Shown here piece after piece: positions 1 to 11,402 of a stretch of 64,000 nucleotides of DNA. Within the stretch, counting starts at the first letter, position 1. Each line of letters opens with the position of its first letter. This stretch comes from Catajapyx aquilonaris (lineage: Eukaryota): the NCBI GenBank assembly GCA_000934665.2, contig KZ538354.1:1-64000 (forward strand), written 5' to 3'. Made by a program: the position numbers and the translations under genes. The notes under the pieces are model-generated. The model saw nothing but the letters and a program-made list of their open reading frames with translations, did no database searches and was not told where the DNA came from.

Positions 1-3000
1 CTCATTATCGCTCCAAAATAATTGGCGTTAATTGCAAGCATAGTCGGCTTACCTACTTTATTATTGCTTGGCAACTTAATATGGACACTCGTTCGTGGGA
101 TTAGGCCAATTTGATTAAAAACTTTGAAGCCGGATTACACGCTAGCCATCAGCCTGTTAAATCCGGGTTTGCCCGTGATTTCTTGCATCCGGATTTCTGG
201 CCCTCCCAAAAGCCCCATGTTAGAACCGGAGCATTATTAGCGACAATGGTCCCTCATTCTGGCTGCTGTCGCGGTCGCGCGACGATGGTTTCATTACTGG
301 GAAAAGGAAAGTGCCAGCCTGCCCAACCGGAAAAGACCCAGGGATTTACTTCCAATCTTTTCCAACGTAATTGCGTTCCAAGACTAAATCCTACGAGTTA
401 AAAGGATCTGCCTAATATTAATCAGATTCTCATTTGAAAAAAAAGGGGGAACAGACACTGCCAACTATTCGGCTTGATTTGGAGAAACCCACAATGTCCC
501 AACGGAATTGCGATTTTTTTTTTCGATTTAAATTTTTGTTACATTGCATCGTGGCAGGGTTGGTCACCCCGCGGAATACCCGAGGAAACCCCCCCCCCCG
601 CTGTCTGTGTGTCTCTTTTTCAGACCTGAAGAGTGCATTTTCGAATCCCATCTCATTCCGAATGCGACAGGCTTGATGGCACAACCTGTCCTGCCCAAAT
701 TGACTATGGCTGGACTAGCAATTTCGCTCGCCACACAGCCAATCTCATCTTTTGATTTCCCCTCCCTTTGCTACTACTACTGGGTTCCAGCCAGAAAACC
801 AGTCGTCCGGGGGTCCGAAATCAAACCCCGGAGAAAACCAAACACCGGGCCTTATTTGATTCTGATTGCTGCTCCTTGGACTCCCGCTCAGTGTGATTGA
901 TGCGCCCAGGAATGTTTGCCCTTTCTATTGGGCTAATGGAGGGTTTGGCGCTTATTGTGCCCCTCGTAAAACCCCCCCTAGAAGCTTACCCGGGGGGTGA
1001 TTTGCGAGCACCCCCCTCGAGGGGTGATTGGCTTTGTATCCAGTTTGATTGGGCAGGACTGGACCGGACTCGAACGGTCACGACGTGATTGATACGCCGA
1101 ACCCGGTTTGCCTGGCATATTTTTTTAGGACCTCCCCAAAAAAACAACTACACTGGCGGTGCATGGCAGATAAATTGATAAGGTTATTCAGGGGGTTGAG
1201 CGACAAAATGATTGGGGGAGCAGTGTGACCTCTTGTTATTATGGGGCGACATCAGGTGAAAAATGTGGTGCAGACATTGTTAAGTTAATTGGAGCCCGTC
1301 ATGGTACTGTTGATTAGGCAATATTTTCCGGATGTCACCACACCGATGATGTTGGGGGGGAGGCTAATTAATTAGTTTGACGTTCAAGTGCTAGATAATG
1401 CTTCAAAGCGTTTGTGAGGTAAATATAGGCGACTCACCTGTGCAATTAATTAGTTCTGGGAATATTCATCTTTTTTTGGCAGTTAAATCCAAATTCAAGC
1501 CCCCCCCACTTTAGCAGATTTTTTAACCTTTCCATTTCGTCCCCCTCGTCGCCTCCGAGTCCAATTTACCTGCCATATAAAATGGAATATTTAGACCACT
1601 CTGCGTTTGCCGATCCTGCCAGGAAAACTTAAATTGACTTATAAATCCTTTAACCTCAGCTCGCGGAAGGGTGCACCTCGCTTGAAGTTGATGTGAAAGC
1701 GACATTGCGGCGCTTTTGAGGTGGAGGAAAAAAAAGGTGCACATAACAGTATGCATAGAGCTTTAAAACCTATTTACATTCTAACGAGGCAGATTTGAAG
1801 AAAAAAAAATCTTACTTAAAGGGCATAGAAATATGAAGAAAGTGAGTGGGGGTGATTTTTGGAAAAGTTATTACAACTTTCTACTGTGTAATGGCATGTA
1901 TTGTGTAACTTGTATTTTGTAGGTGACATATTCAGTGTGTAGGTGGTTCATCCGGCAACCAATTTGACCTGGATGAACCCCCTTATGCGCCAGGAATAAT
2001 TTTGGTGACCTCTATCGCCCCCCCCCCTTAAGCCAAGAAACTCTCCGGATGGTGGCAGATCGATGGATTTGATTAGATTGGCGGACATCTTGCCCCGCAG
2101 AGTTGGGATTGGCACAGCAGGAGATGAGATGGGCTCAGGCTAAGAGAGGATGAGGATGCGACCGAGGAGGCATTTAGGTCTTATAACTTCCAAGCATTTC
2201 CATTTGCCACGACTCTAAATGCCAGGTGAACTCGACCCGCAGAATGTTATCTTTAAAGAGTAGGGCAGACTCCACCACCGTCAGTTGCAGAAAAGTGCCC
2301 CGTAGATATTGACCGAGCACTTTTCATCCATATTTTTACTGCGGAGTCAGCTGTCATTTGCTGATTAAATTTGAATATTTTTTTTTGCAGAGGTATTGTG
2401 AAGGAGTTGAGAAATGGAAATGATCGTCATCCATGATCTAAATGAACACGAAAGAAAAATATTTTTGTGAAGTTATCCTAGCGTTCTGGCCCGCATGCCG
2501 AATAATTAAAAAAAAAGTGTAGGCTTATGTCTGTAACGAAGATATCAAGTTTGTATTCGAATGGGCAATGTAAGAGTCATGCACTCCGTAAGTTCAGGAG
2601 TGGCACATACTGAGTTCGGTAACGAAATTGTTGCATCTTCAGTGCTCTTATAGGGTTCAAACAATTCAGCCATTTTTTTGACCCCAAGAGAAGGATTAAC
2701 TGTGAACAGTTGGAAACTTTAGCCTTGTACGTTTTAACAGCAGGCTGCACACCTCCTTTTGCGAAAACAGCTCTTCCTTGCGGGAACCCGTACCCCTCAG
2801 AAGCAACTTCCAACTTCGTTTTGAAGACTCTTAAGGGCCGCTATAACAGTCTCTATCGTCCCCGCAAAAGTATCCGCAAGTTCAGTCTGGAGCATTGTAA
2901 ATGCTAGCACCCTGGATTTGCACAGGATGAATTTTCTGCACAGGGAATTGTTGAAAGGTGCTGGTGGGTTTGGAGACAGTCAAACTTGAATCCGGGACTA

Positions 3001-6000
3001 ATTCCAAGCGAGAGGTGCAGGGTTGGTTTCTGTGCCAAAACTGTTAACCCCTTCTATAGGAAACCTTGCCACGGTTAAGGGATTTTGGACTTTGGGAGAG
3101 AACCTTGCTTCTCCTTGCTCTTTTTTTGAGCAGCTCTTTTGTGGTTTCCTGAGGCGAAAATGGCCTCAAGGGAATCAATTTTTTAGCCGGAGAAATTACC
3201 GGTTTCTTCTGCAGAAGGAAAGTGAGCTGGTGTCGCACTTTTATAAAGAAGATTTTTTTTTCCTTCACATTTTGAGCTGAAGGAAAGTATGAAACTCATC
3301 CTCGAGGATGACAATGAAAAACTGAAGTTTGGAATCTTGGAAGCCGACATGATTTTTTTTTCTGACGAGGATGTACAGTGAGGTGCAAAAGATTTAGCGT
3401 GATATTTGCTCTGCACTCCATTTGAAACGAGCGAAAATTACATGTAAGTGCAAAAATCACATGGCGAATCTGCTAGTTGTTGTACAACTGCCAGTGAAAA
3501 TCAGTCATTACTTCAACACCAAACATAAATTTACATGCCAATATTTATATCACAGAAAGCTCAGCATCGACTTCCTATGATGCTATTACTTTTTGCGACA
3601 ACCTGTAGGCCTACATTAGCGGCATTGGTTGTGTTATTAATGGTATTTAATTTTGCACGCAATGGCGTCAGAAATTTAATTGTTGCTTGACAAATGCACA
3701 GCACCATTAGTATCGGCCATTCACGAGTAATACAAGGGCGGACTAACTTTTCATAGGACATTAATATTAATGGCTGAGCACATTCATCGATATTGACATT
3801 GGGTTTATTCAATTATTGGGTTTGTACAGGACAGGCTTTGAAGCAAAGTGTTTCGTCGTCCTCTCTTCCCCTATACCCATAAAACACACACTGCAATGTC
3901 TTTTTTATAATTATAAATTAGTAGATTTTGCCTTGATAATAATTCATTGAGATGCCATATAGTCTACTAAAATATTGTGTTTGACACATGACGTACCGGT
4001 ATATGAAGGGTTGAACGCCAAAAGCGCTGTGTTTCAACTATATGTTTTGAAAATGTGACACTGATATAATGGTGTAGATGATATTGTAGATAAAATACGA
4101 AGAAAATACGAGAAAATACTAAAAGCTTTAGCATTATGCAAATACACTATAACCGTACATCTTGATTATGTCGCATTTATGACGCCATTTGAAACGACCC
4201 TGCAGTACGCTGAAAAAACTTAACTTTTCCACCCCGAGACCAGACCAGGTTAAACTGCGCAGTTTCTAATATTGTGGATTACCACAAGTTGTGGGGGAAA
4301 AAGCAGATGCCGTCAAAGGAAACCATTCAGCTTGTTGTTGCAAAATTCTCCTGAAATCGGATCACCAATCAGTTTATCACACAAAAGCACGAGAAAATTC
4401 GAAAAGGGGCTTGCGAAAGTCCACCTGAAGCCCTCACGCGTTTTTAGGTCCATTATAGATTTGGAAGGTGGCCGATTGGCATCTCTCAGTTGCGTGCGAC
4501 TTTTGACATTCACCCTCCCAGCATCATCCTCGGGTGTTTTGCTGCCCCGTATATGTCCAAGGTGACTTTGAAGGTCGTGTCTATCGTATAACAGCACACA
4601 GCAGGTATATATACGTAGTATATATAAAAAAGGGGAGGGCCGCATCAAAGGGTAGCTTGAAAGCACCTTTGTGACTTGTTAACGCACGTGCGCCAGAAGC
4701 TACCCAGCAAAAGGTGACAACCTCTTTGCGCCTCGTCGCAGATTGACTTCCGGTTTGAAAATGGATGACTTGGTTACGCCTTCGCTTATCGGAGGCCTTA
4801 ATATATCTATTGAAAGATCAAGAGCAATGCCAGGGGGAGAAGGCGGCGAGAATATCAAGAAGAGGCTGCTGCTTGGCTGCCATTGATTTACACCGCGGTT
4901 GGAAAAATGTGCTGGTTCCTTCTGGGGCCGATTTTTCAGGAGGAAAAAAATACATATATCGTGAAAAGTGGGATGAGAGGCCGCTGAGGGAATCGGAAGG
5001 AAAATGGAAGCATTTTGTCAAAAACAATCAAGATGGCCGCTCTGGGACTTGTTGCTCCAAATGAAAATGAGAGCTCAAAGACTGTTGATTCATCATTTAG
5101 ACTGATGGATATCTTTTTGTGCGGGTTTGCTCAAGTAGTACGGAAGTCCTGCCCTCGAGTGGTACATCATGAGAGAGTCTGTTCAGAGAGAAGATAAGCA
5201 GCCATTAAAGGAGACATTGCTGATCAATGCTACTTGAAGTGGAATATATTCTGCGTATGTGCGACGAATGTAAACCAATTATAAGTTGAAACAGAACATC
5301 ACTGTCGAAATAGTCTTGCATGTGCAAAATAACGATCGAGAAACCAAAATTTATTTTTCAGAATACTTCTGCTAAAGGCCTCAATTTAATAATGCAGAAC
5401 GAATTGGAATAAAAATATAGCTTCCTCTCGCATCAAATCAACTGCGCATCCCAAAATCTGGAGTTATCGGGGGTTGTTACGAGCTTAAATCGGTCAGCCG
5501 GAAGGTGCCATAACTCTACTTTTCTCGACTTAAATTGGCTTGCTTGTAACTTCGCAGTTATGAGCCCTTCAATATTCACATCTCTGACTCCCATTTTCTG
5601 TATATAGATATGAGTACACCGGCGATGGTATATAGAATTCTGCCTAGTCGATCAATCAGTGCGATTTCAATCTCTCAGAGAGCACTCATTGTTCGGGTGG
5701 ACAAAAGGGAATGGATTGGGTGCGAATGCTGAGAGTTGCTTACATGCGCAATATCTCACTCCCTCCAAATTCCTCTGATGTCCGAGAAAGGAGCAAGTGC
5801 TAACTGGGAAAACAAATTGCCACTCTTAACGTCCAGGGGCGGAGGATTTATGGAGGAGGCTTGTCTGGTGTCCCCAGAAACAACTGCCTCTTAATCCATC
5901 AGGTTTTAGAAAATCTCGTTTTCGGAGACGAACACATGCAACAATTGGATGCTGTATCACAATGTTTGAGGGATTGTTCCCATATATAGATTCCCCCGGA

Positions 6001-7143
6001 TAGAGTCCGGTCCACTTGTGAGCTTCCCGGTGTGTCTCGGCTTAATAGGAAATTAAGGCCAAATTATGAAGGTAACACGAAGGAAATGGCAATTTCCAAA
6101 GTGCTGGCGGAGATAGACGGGATTTGTGGCGCCGTGTGATCTTGTTTGGGAGACAGAGATTGAGCTGACATCCTTTTGAGCTCGTCTTGATGCGCATGGC
6201 TGGAAATGTCGGCTGTTGTTAATTTTTTTAGCCGAGAATTTTTTGGAAAGTTTCTTGGGAAGGAAAGAACATGGACACCAGGAATGGAAGGTGTGTTATT
6301 TTCATCTCGAAATTTTCTTCGCGTGAATTTGGATGCTGTGACGTACTGTACGTGTAGACCACTCCGGATATTGCCTCTCGTTCTATATATATGTATTCAC
6401 GTGGGTTTATTTTCCTATTCCATCCAATGGGTGGTTCTTATCGGAATGAAACCTTTTCATAAATGGATCAACCAAACCATCGAAGTCTCCCGAGGTTGGG
6501 GCCACGTCTTAGAACGAAATAAACAGATTGAAGTCGGTTCCCAGAGAAATACTCGGAAATGTGGACCTTCCGGGAAGGACGGAATTACTTGTTGCCCCAA
6601 AATAAACTTACGACGCATTTTTACCAGGAAGCAATCTTCAACAATCGGTGTTGACAGATCCATTGCGAAATCGGCAGTTGGCTGAGTCGGAAATACATCA
6701 TTGTGGGCAATAATTCAGTTTGTCCAGATCATTTTTAAACTCCCTCCATTGATAGGTTGATATTTTCCAAGGAAATGGTACAGATGAAGCCGAGTAAATA
6801 TTATAGCCTTACGATCCATTCATGGCCACAGATCTTTTGATCGGTGACTGAGGCTGCGGTTGCTGTTGGCAACCAAGTCGACGTCAATCTAACCGAAAGG
6901 ATGAGGCAGAAAATGAGGGGTTGGATCGGAAAACTTGATAACCCTCACAGGCACACTTTTGAGAAAAATGCATATCACACGAATCACAGAATCCTCTCGC
7001 AAATGTGAAATTCGGCGTGATAGTTTCTTCCTGTAAGGAATATATACTATTAAATTTTCATTTTGGATTGCATGAGTTAGAAGAGAGAAATTGTGGGATA
7101 TGGAACACTTTATTTCCACAAGTGGGTTAACAAAATACCTTGC

Positions 7144-7341
7144 ATGGCACAGTACAAGAATAATTATTATGCTCTGAATAATACATCACCCTTTTAGTAT
7201 ATCCCTCATTCCCACATTTCCTTCATTCCCTCTTCTCTTCCTCTTCTTCCTCCTATGGCACATAACAATAATTATTATGTTCTGAATAATACATCACCCT
7301 TTTAGTATTCCTCATTCCCACATTATTTTCCTTCATTCCCT
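7144..7341. repeat. Tandem direct duplication, ~111-bp period, inside the outer element
   Basis: ATGGCACA...AATAATTATTATG(C/T)TCTGAATAATACATCACCCTTTTAGTAT...CCTCATTCCCACATT...TCCTTCATTCCCT starts at 7144 and again at 7255. Confidence 0.9.
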
Positions 7342-7977
7342 ATATGTTCGTCTATTAACATACAGTAGAAGCAGGCATCAGTGAACAATATACTTAAAAT
7401 AATATTATTCACAAGCAACGAAACCCTTGCTGTGTTAATTACTAGTTAAAGTGAATGCTGACATTGGTACCAAACTTGTGTTTTGACTAAATGCACATTT
7501 TGTCAGTTTTGGTAACTTAAAATAATTTATTGGTTTCTGTAGAATGTGGAAAAACTTGTAAACCCACAACAATGAAAGTGTGGTTGAAAGTCATACTTAC
7601 AGACGACTGAATTGCATTTCCTGAATGAGGTGGTTGGTAGTCAGGGTCGCCGGGGTCACTGCTTTCGGATTCCAAGTCACTTTCCATGTTGTCAGAATGT
7701 GAAGTACAGGGCGAATTTTGACAGGAAAGGCCCACCCCATCCCAGTCCGCCATGTTGGATTGGGTGGCTACTGGCTAATCACGTTTTCCCCTGCAACAGC
7801 AGCCGCGTGACTACGGGTTGTCATGTGACACGTTCTGCCATCTGTTGACTATACCAGGGTCATGAGGATGATCTTAGATGGTGGCATTCTACCTGATGCA
7901 CTATCGCCACCTATTAACTCAATTTTGAGGGAAATGAGGGTTATCAAGTTTTTCGATCCAACCCCTCATTAATATAT

Positions 7978-8786
7978 GGGCGAGTGGCCTTCCGTTAGAT
8001 TCGCCTGAAAATTGGATATGTTGTAGCCCAGACCATCCTGATCAATGTTAGATAGGGACATTTCGAGGTAGGACCTACAGGGAGCATGCTAATGACCTCC
8101 GAAGGTAATAGGGGGAGTAGTAGACTACAATAAGTCTCAGGAACTCAATGGTTAGTGCATTAAATATTATATATTAGGGGAGGCGGAGTGGTGCTGCGGT
8201 AACGTATGCGCCCACGGATGTTAAGGTCCCGGGTTCGATCCCAACCCGGGGACACCCCCTTCATCTCGTGCAGAGTTCAGGGTTCGTCTTGGGTGGTATT
8301 TCCACAGACTAAACCACCCGGGGGAGTTCATTAAAAATGGCCACAGCGTCAGATGCACTGCACCTTGCACATCCCCTCCTGTCATCCTGCCCGTGGGCCC
8401 GGACATCTCAAATGAATAGGCTCCATGTACCATCATCAAATAAAGGTCCGTGCGATATGCCCCCAGGTGGGGGCGAAAGCACATTACCCCAGCATTATTA
8501 TTAAATTATCTATTAATATTTATTACCTATTCATCTGGTTCAAATTCTACTCCTTGAAGGCTGTCATCTGGCGTTTCCTCCAGCTGCACTTCAACATTCA
8601 TTGGGTAACGATGGTTTCTCTCACAGCAGTCTTCTATGGTATTGACGAGTAGCCTCTTTATTGAATAGCGATTAGCATGCTCCCGGTAGGTCCTACCTTG
8701 AAATGTCCCTATCCAACATTGATCAGGATGGTCTGGGCTACAACATATCCAATTTTCAGGCAAATCGAACGGAAGTCCACTCGCCC
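7978..8786. mobile_element. MITE with 116-bp terminal inverted repeats
   Basis: 7978-8093 matches the reverse complement of 8671-8786 at 110/116 positions by manual alignment. Termini are GGGCGAG...CTCGCCC, flanked on both sides by ATAT. An alternative right end, ...CATATACTG|TA at 8794-8796, would be Tc1/mariner-like. Confidence 0.9.
8177..8503 (+). mobile_element. tRNA-derived SINE inserted inside the MITE
   Basis: Pol III A-box-like TGGTGCTGCGG (8189-8199) and consensus B-box GGTTCGATCCC (8232-8242) at tRNA spacing. These are followed by a ~250-nt non-tRNA body, a 3' stem-loop (8450-8482) and an (ATT)n tail (8494-8503). Candidate TSD: ATTATATATTA (8166-8176) / ATTATCTATTA (8505-8515). Confidence 0.85.
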
Positions 8787-9162
8787 ATATACTGTATTTT
8801 GTGCCTCATCCTTTCCGTCCACACACTGTGGACAACAAACAAATCCGTATAGTATTATATCACTGCAATTTTACCTCTCTAACAAGGAATCATGAGAGTC
8901 TTTGGAACCTAACGAGCCATTAAAACAATGTCCTGTAGTGTCTCACACTCATCAACTATATATATGGGCTGCACACAGCAGGCCTCAACTTTTGGGTCGC
9001 TTTCCGCTAATTATATTCCTGTGCTTCGGGTGTGACGGAAAGTACCCGTAATCCGGGATTGCCCGTTAAAGTTATTTTCCGTAAGCGGCTTACCCCCCTT
9101 GGGGAGTCGATAACGCCCGTACCGCATACATGGTGTATAAAACGGTGTCCTGATCTCTCGGA

Positions 9163-9207
9163 GGGGGGGGGGGGNNNNNNNNNNNNNNNNNNNNGGGGGG
9201 GGGGGGG
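9163..9207. other. Assembly gap (20 N, 9175-9194) inside a poly-G tract
   Basis: Run of N flanked by G homopolymers; the true length is unknown. Confidence 0.95.
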
Positions 9208-11382
9208 CTTGAAAATCCTACGGTTTGGAGAGAAACTTTGTGTCATCGTGGTTCTCTTCATCGGGGCCATTATAAAGCTGCGCTGAATATTCGTATCCTC
9301 ATAAAGCTCCTAACTTTCTTTCTAATAAAATTTTTTAAGGAGTCTTAAATTATCTCCAGATTTGAACGAGTAGCACTCAGCGTTTCTTGTTGAACTTTGA
9401 CCAATTGTATGAATGCATATTAAGAGAAAATTCTGATTATGTGTAGGTATTTACGGAGTTCTTAAATTTTTTAAAGGGGAAAATTCCTATACGGACATAT
9501 TTAAATTCTATTGTCTAAAATTCTAAATCATTATGAAATTCTCTGTGTAACGAGGGAATGAGTTCAAAATGAGCAGTTAAAAGCAGAATGTAATTCATAA
9601 GTAATTCCCTCCCTAAAATGTGAGATTGATGGAAGCTCCGTAATTGCTGCTCCACCCAGCATTAAAAACGTGACATTGTTTATTTAATGATCACAATATT
9701 TACTCTAATGCCTCCAGAGTTTTGGCCAAATTTTCTCACGGAACTGGGCGGGTCCCCATCTCGAAAAAAAAAACTGAATTATGATGACCCCTGCGGGACT
9801 TGAATCGACAGAAATAGAGACAACACACACACAGCAGCTGAAGTCCTATTACGGAAGTATATCGTGCAATATTAATATCGGGGCGTGCTGCTGGGTGTAA
9901 CTGTGTACGTTATCTCAATAGTGGCAGCAAAGCTATATGATGATAGACTTGCGCAAATAGAGCAGCGACATGTCGCATGACTGCTTCACAGCTCCCTTGT
10001 AATTGGATGAAAGCTAGGTAGGATTAAATTTCGGCTATTATGAGGTAGCAACGATTTTTCTCAAAAGCTTGCTCCCTTGTTGCTGTGTGACGTTTAGGAT
10101 TTTGAGCAAAGCCCGGCGTAACTTGGGGTCGTTTATTGGACCGGATAAAAACAGTTCATTTTGTTTCTTTGTGAACAAGGGGACCGAACAATAGCCGCGA
10201 TTTAAGGGATTTACGAACTTTCAGGCTGACCCCCTTCTATACACACACACACGCCATCCAAAAGGGGGTTTAGAAAATTTTCCAATTTTCCGATAGCTAC
10301 TGTTGAGGATTAAGGTCACGGTTGAGTTTCGCACTTCTATCGAGGGAGGCTATTAGTTCTGGTTTTTGGTCTGGCGTCGGTTGCGCTCCGTTAGAAGGAA
10401 CGAACCTTTTCACCCGCCATTTTCCAGGTAATCGCCCGGTTTTCTGCATGCGATTGTGGCTGAGTAATGAGCTGGAGTACACCCGATAAAAAAAATCTGT
10501 TGAATTGGGAAGCTGGGAACATTGCGAATTATTTAAAAATCACCACGCGAATTCCAGCTTTTGTGTGATCAGATGCGATCGGAATGGTAATTGATTGTGC
10601 AAATTTTTAGACAAACTCGTTCAGCGAAACAGCCGCCATCAGCCTTGATTTGGCCCATCCTTCTGACAATGTCGTCTAAACGGCGGCATTAGCCACGTGT
10701 GCCTTATTGGGCTGAAAATGTATGGTGCGGCCTCTTAATACTTCGTAATTAGTGTCGGCCGTTTTAGTTGTAAAGAGGGGGGGCTATCTTGGGCGTACGT
10801 TCCGGAAGCGACGCGTAAACTGCCACTTGTGATGGTGAGGATTCTTGCAAAATTGGCTGCGGTGCGAATTCCCCATTAGAGCCCACCAGGATTAGCAAGC
10901 GAAAAGTGGAAGGGCAATCCTGTTGGGACATTTTCCGTGCCCGAAACTCGCGTAATGTGTCGTCAAAAAATCCTTCACGGATAAAACATGCCCGGATAAT
11001 TACAGCCTGCCAGAAAACGCCAGCAATTTTTTTTCCAGGGGCAGGCGAGTGGCTGCTGATTAATTCGGGGGCAATTAGCGGATAATGCCAAGATTATGCA
11101 ATTGACCTGCACTTGAGAGGTTTTCACTGCGAAAGGTCGTCCCATAAAATTTGGAGCCGCGTTTTGTCCCGGGTTTAATCCCAGTTTGTAAGGGGATTAT
11201 CTTCCTTCCGGATAAGAGTTATCCTGCGGAAAAGCAGGCTATTTCACTGTCATCGGACGTTCCCCGTGTAATTTGGACTACGTGCTTCATAAAGGATGGG
11301 GAGGTTTGAAATGCAGTCAGGCCCTTTTTGGCTTTTAGGCTCTCCTATTTTGATGGATGACTGGTATGGGTTCTGCACCAAA

Positions 11383-11402
11383 AGAGAGAGAGAGAGAGAG
11401 AG
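11383..11402. repeat. (AG)10 microsatellite
   Basis: Direct reading. Similar short tracts: (AAG)6 19008-19025, (AG)9 32807-32824, (CT)8 35256-35271. Confidence 0.9.

Larger units (their letters stand above)
6892..8818. mobile_element. Non-autonomous DNA transposon-like element (outer layer of the nest)
   Basis: 6912-6947 and 7935-7970 are inverted repeats (35/36 identical). 6895-6914 (GAAAGGATGAGGCAGAAAAT) also pairs with 8796-8815 (19/20). The right-hand inverted repeat therefore appears split by the inner MITE. No transposase domain is present. Confidence 0.7.

Noticed and set aside
1060..1120. Minus-strand B-box GTTCGAGTCC with a weak A-box
   Set aside because: The T-stem is out of register, the spacing is short and there is no cloverleaf or tail; at most a decayed relic.
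8177..8250. Possible genuine tRNA gene
   Set aside because: A and B boxes are present, but the acceptor and anticodon stems do not form a cloverleaf and no poly-T terminator follows. The sequence continues into a SINE body and tail.
8450..8482. Possible hammerhead ribozyme (stem followed by CGAAA)
   Set aside because: The conserved CUGANGA core is absent (CGAUAU instead) and no three-way junction can be built. It is better explained as a SINE 3' stem-loop.
8527..8895. ORFs overlapping the MITE right TIR
   Set aside because: They run through TIR sequence and have no transposase motifs.
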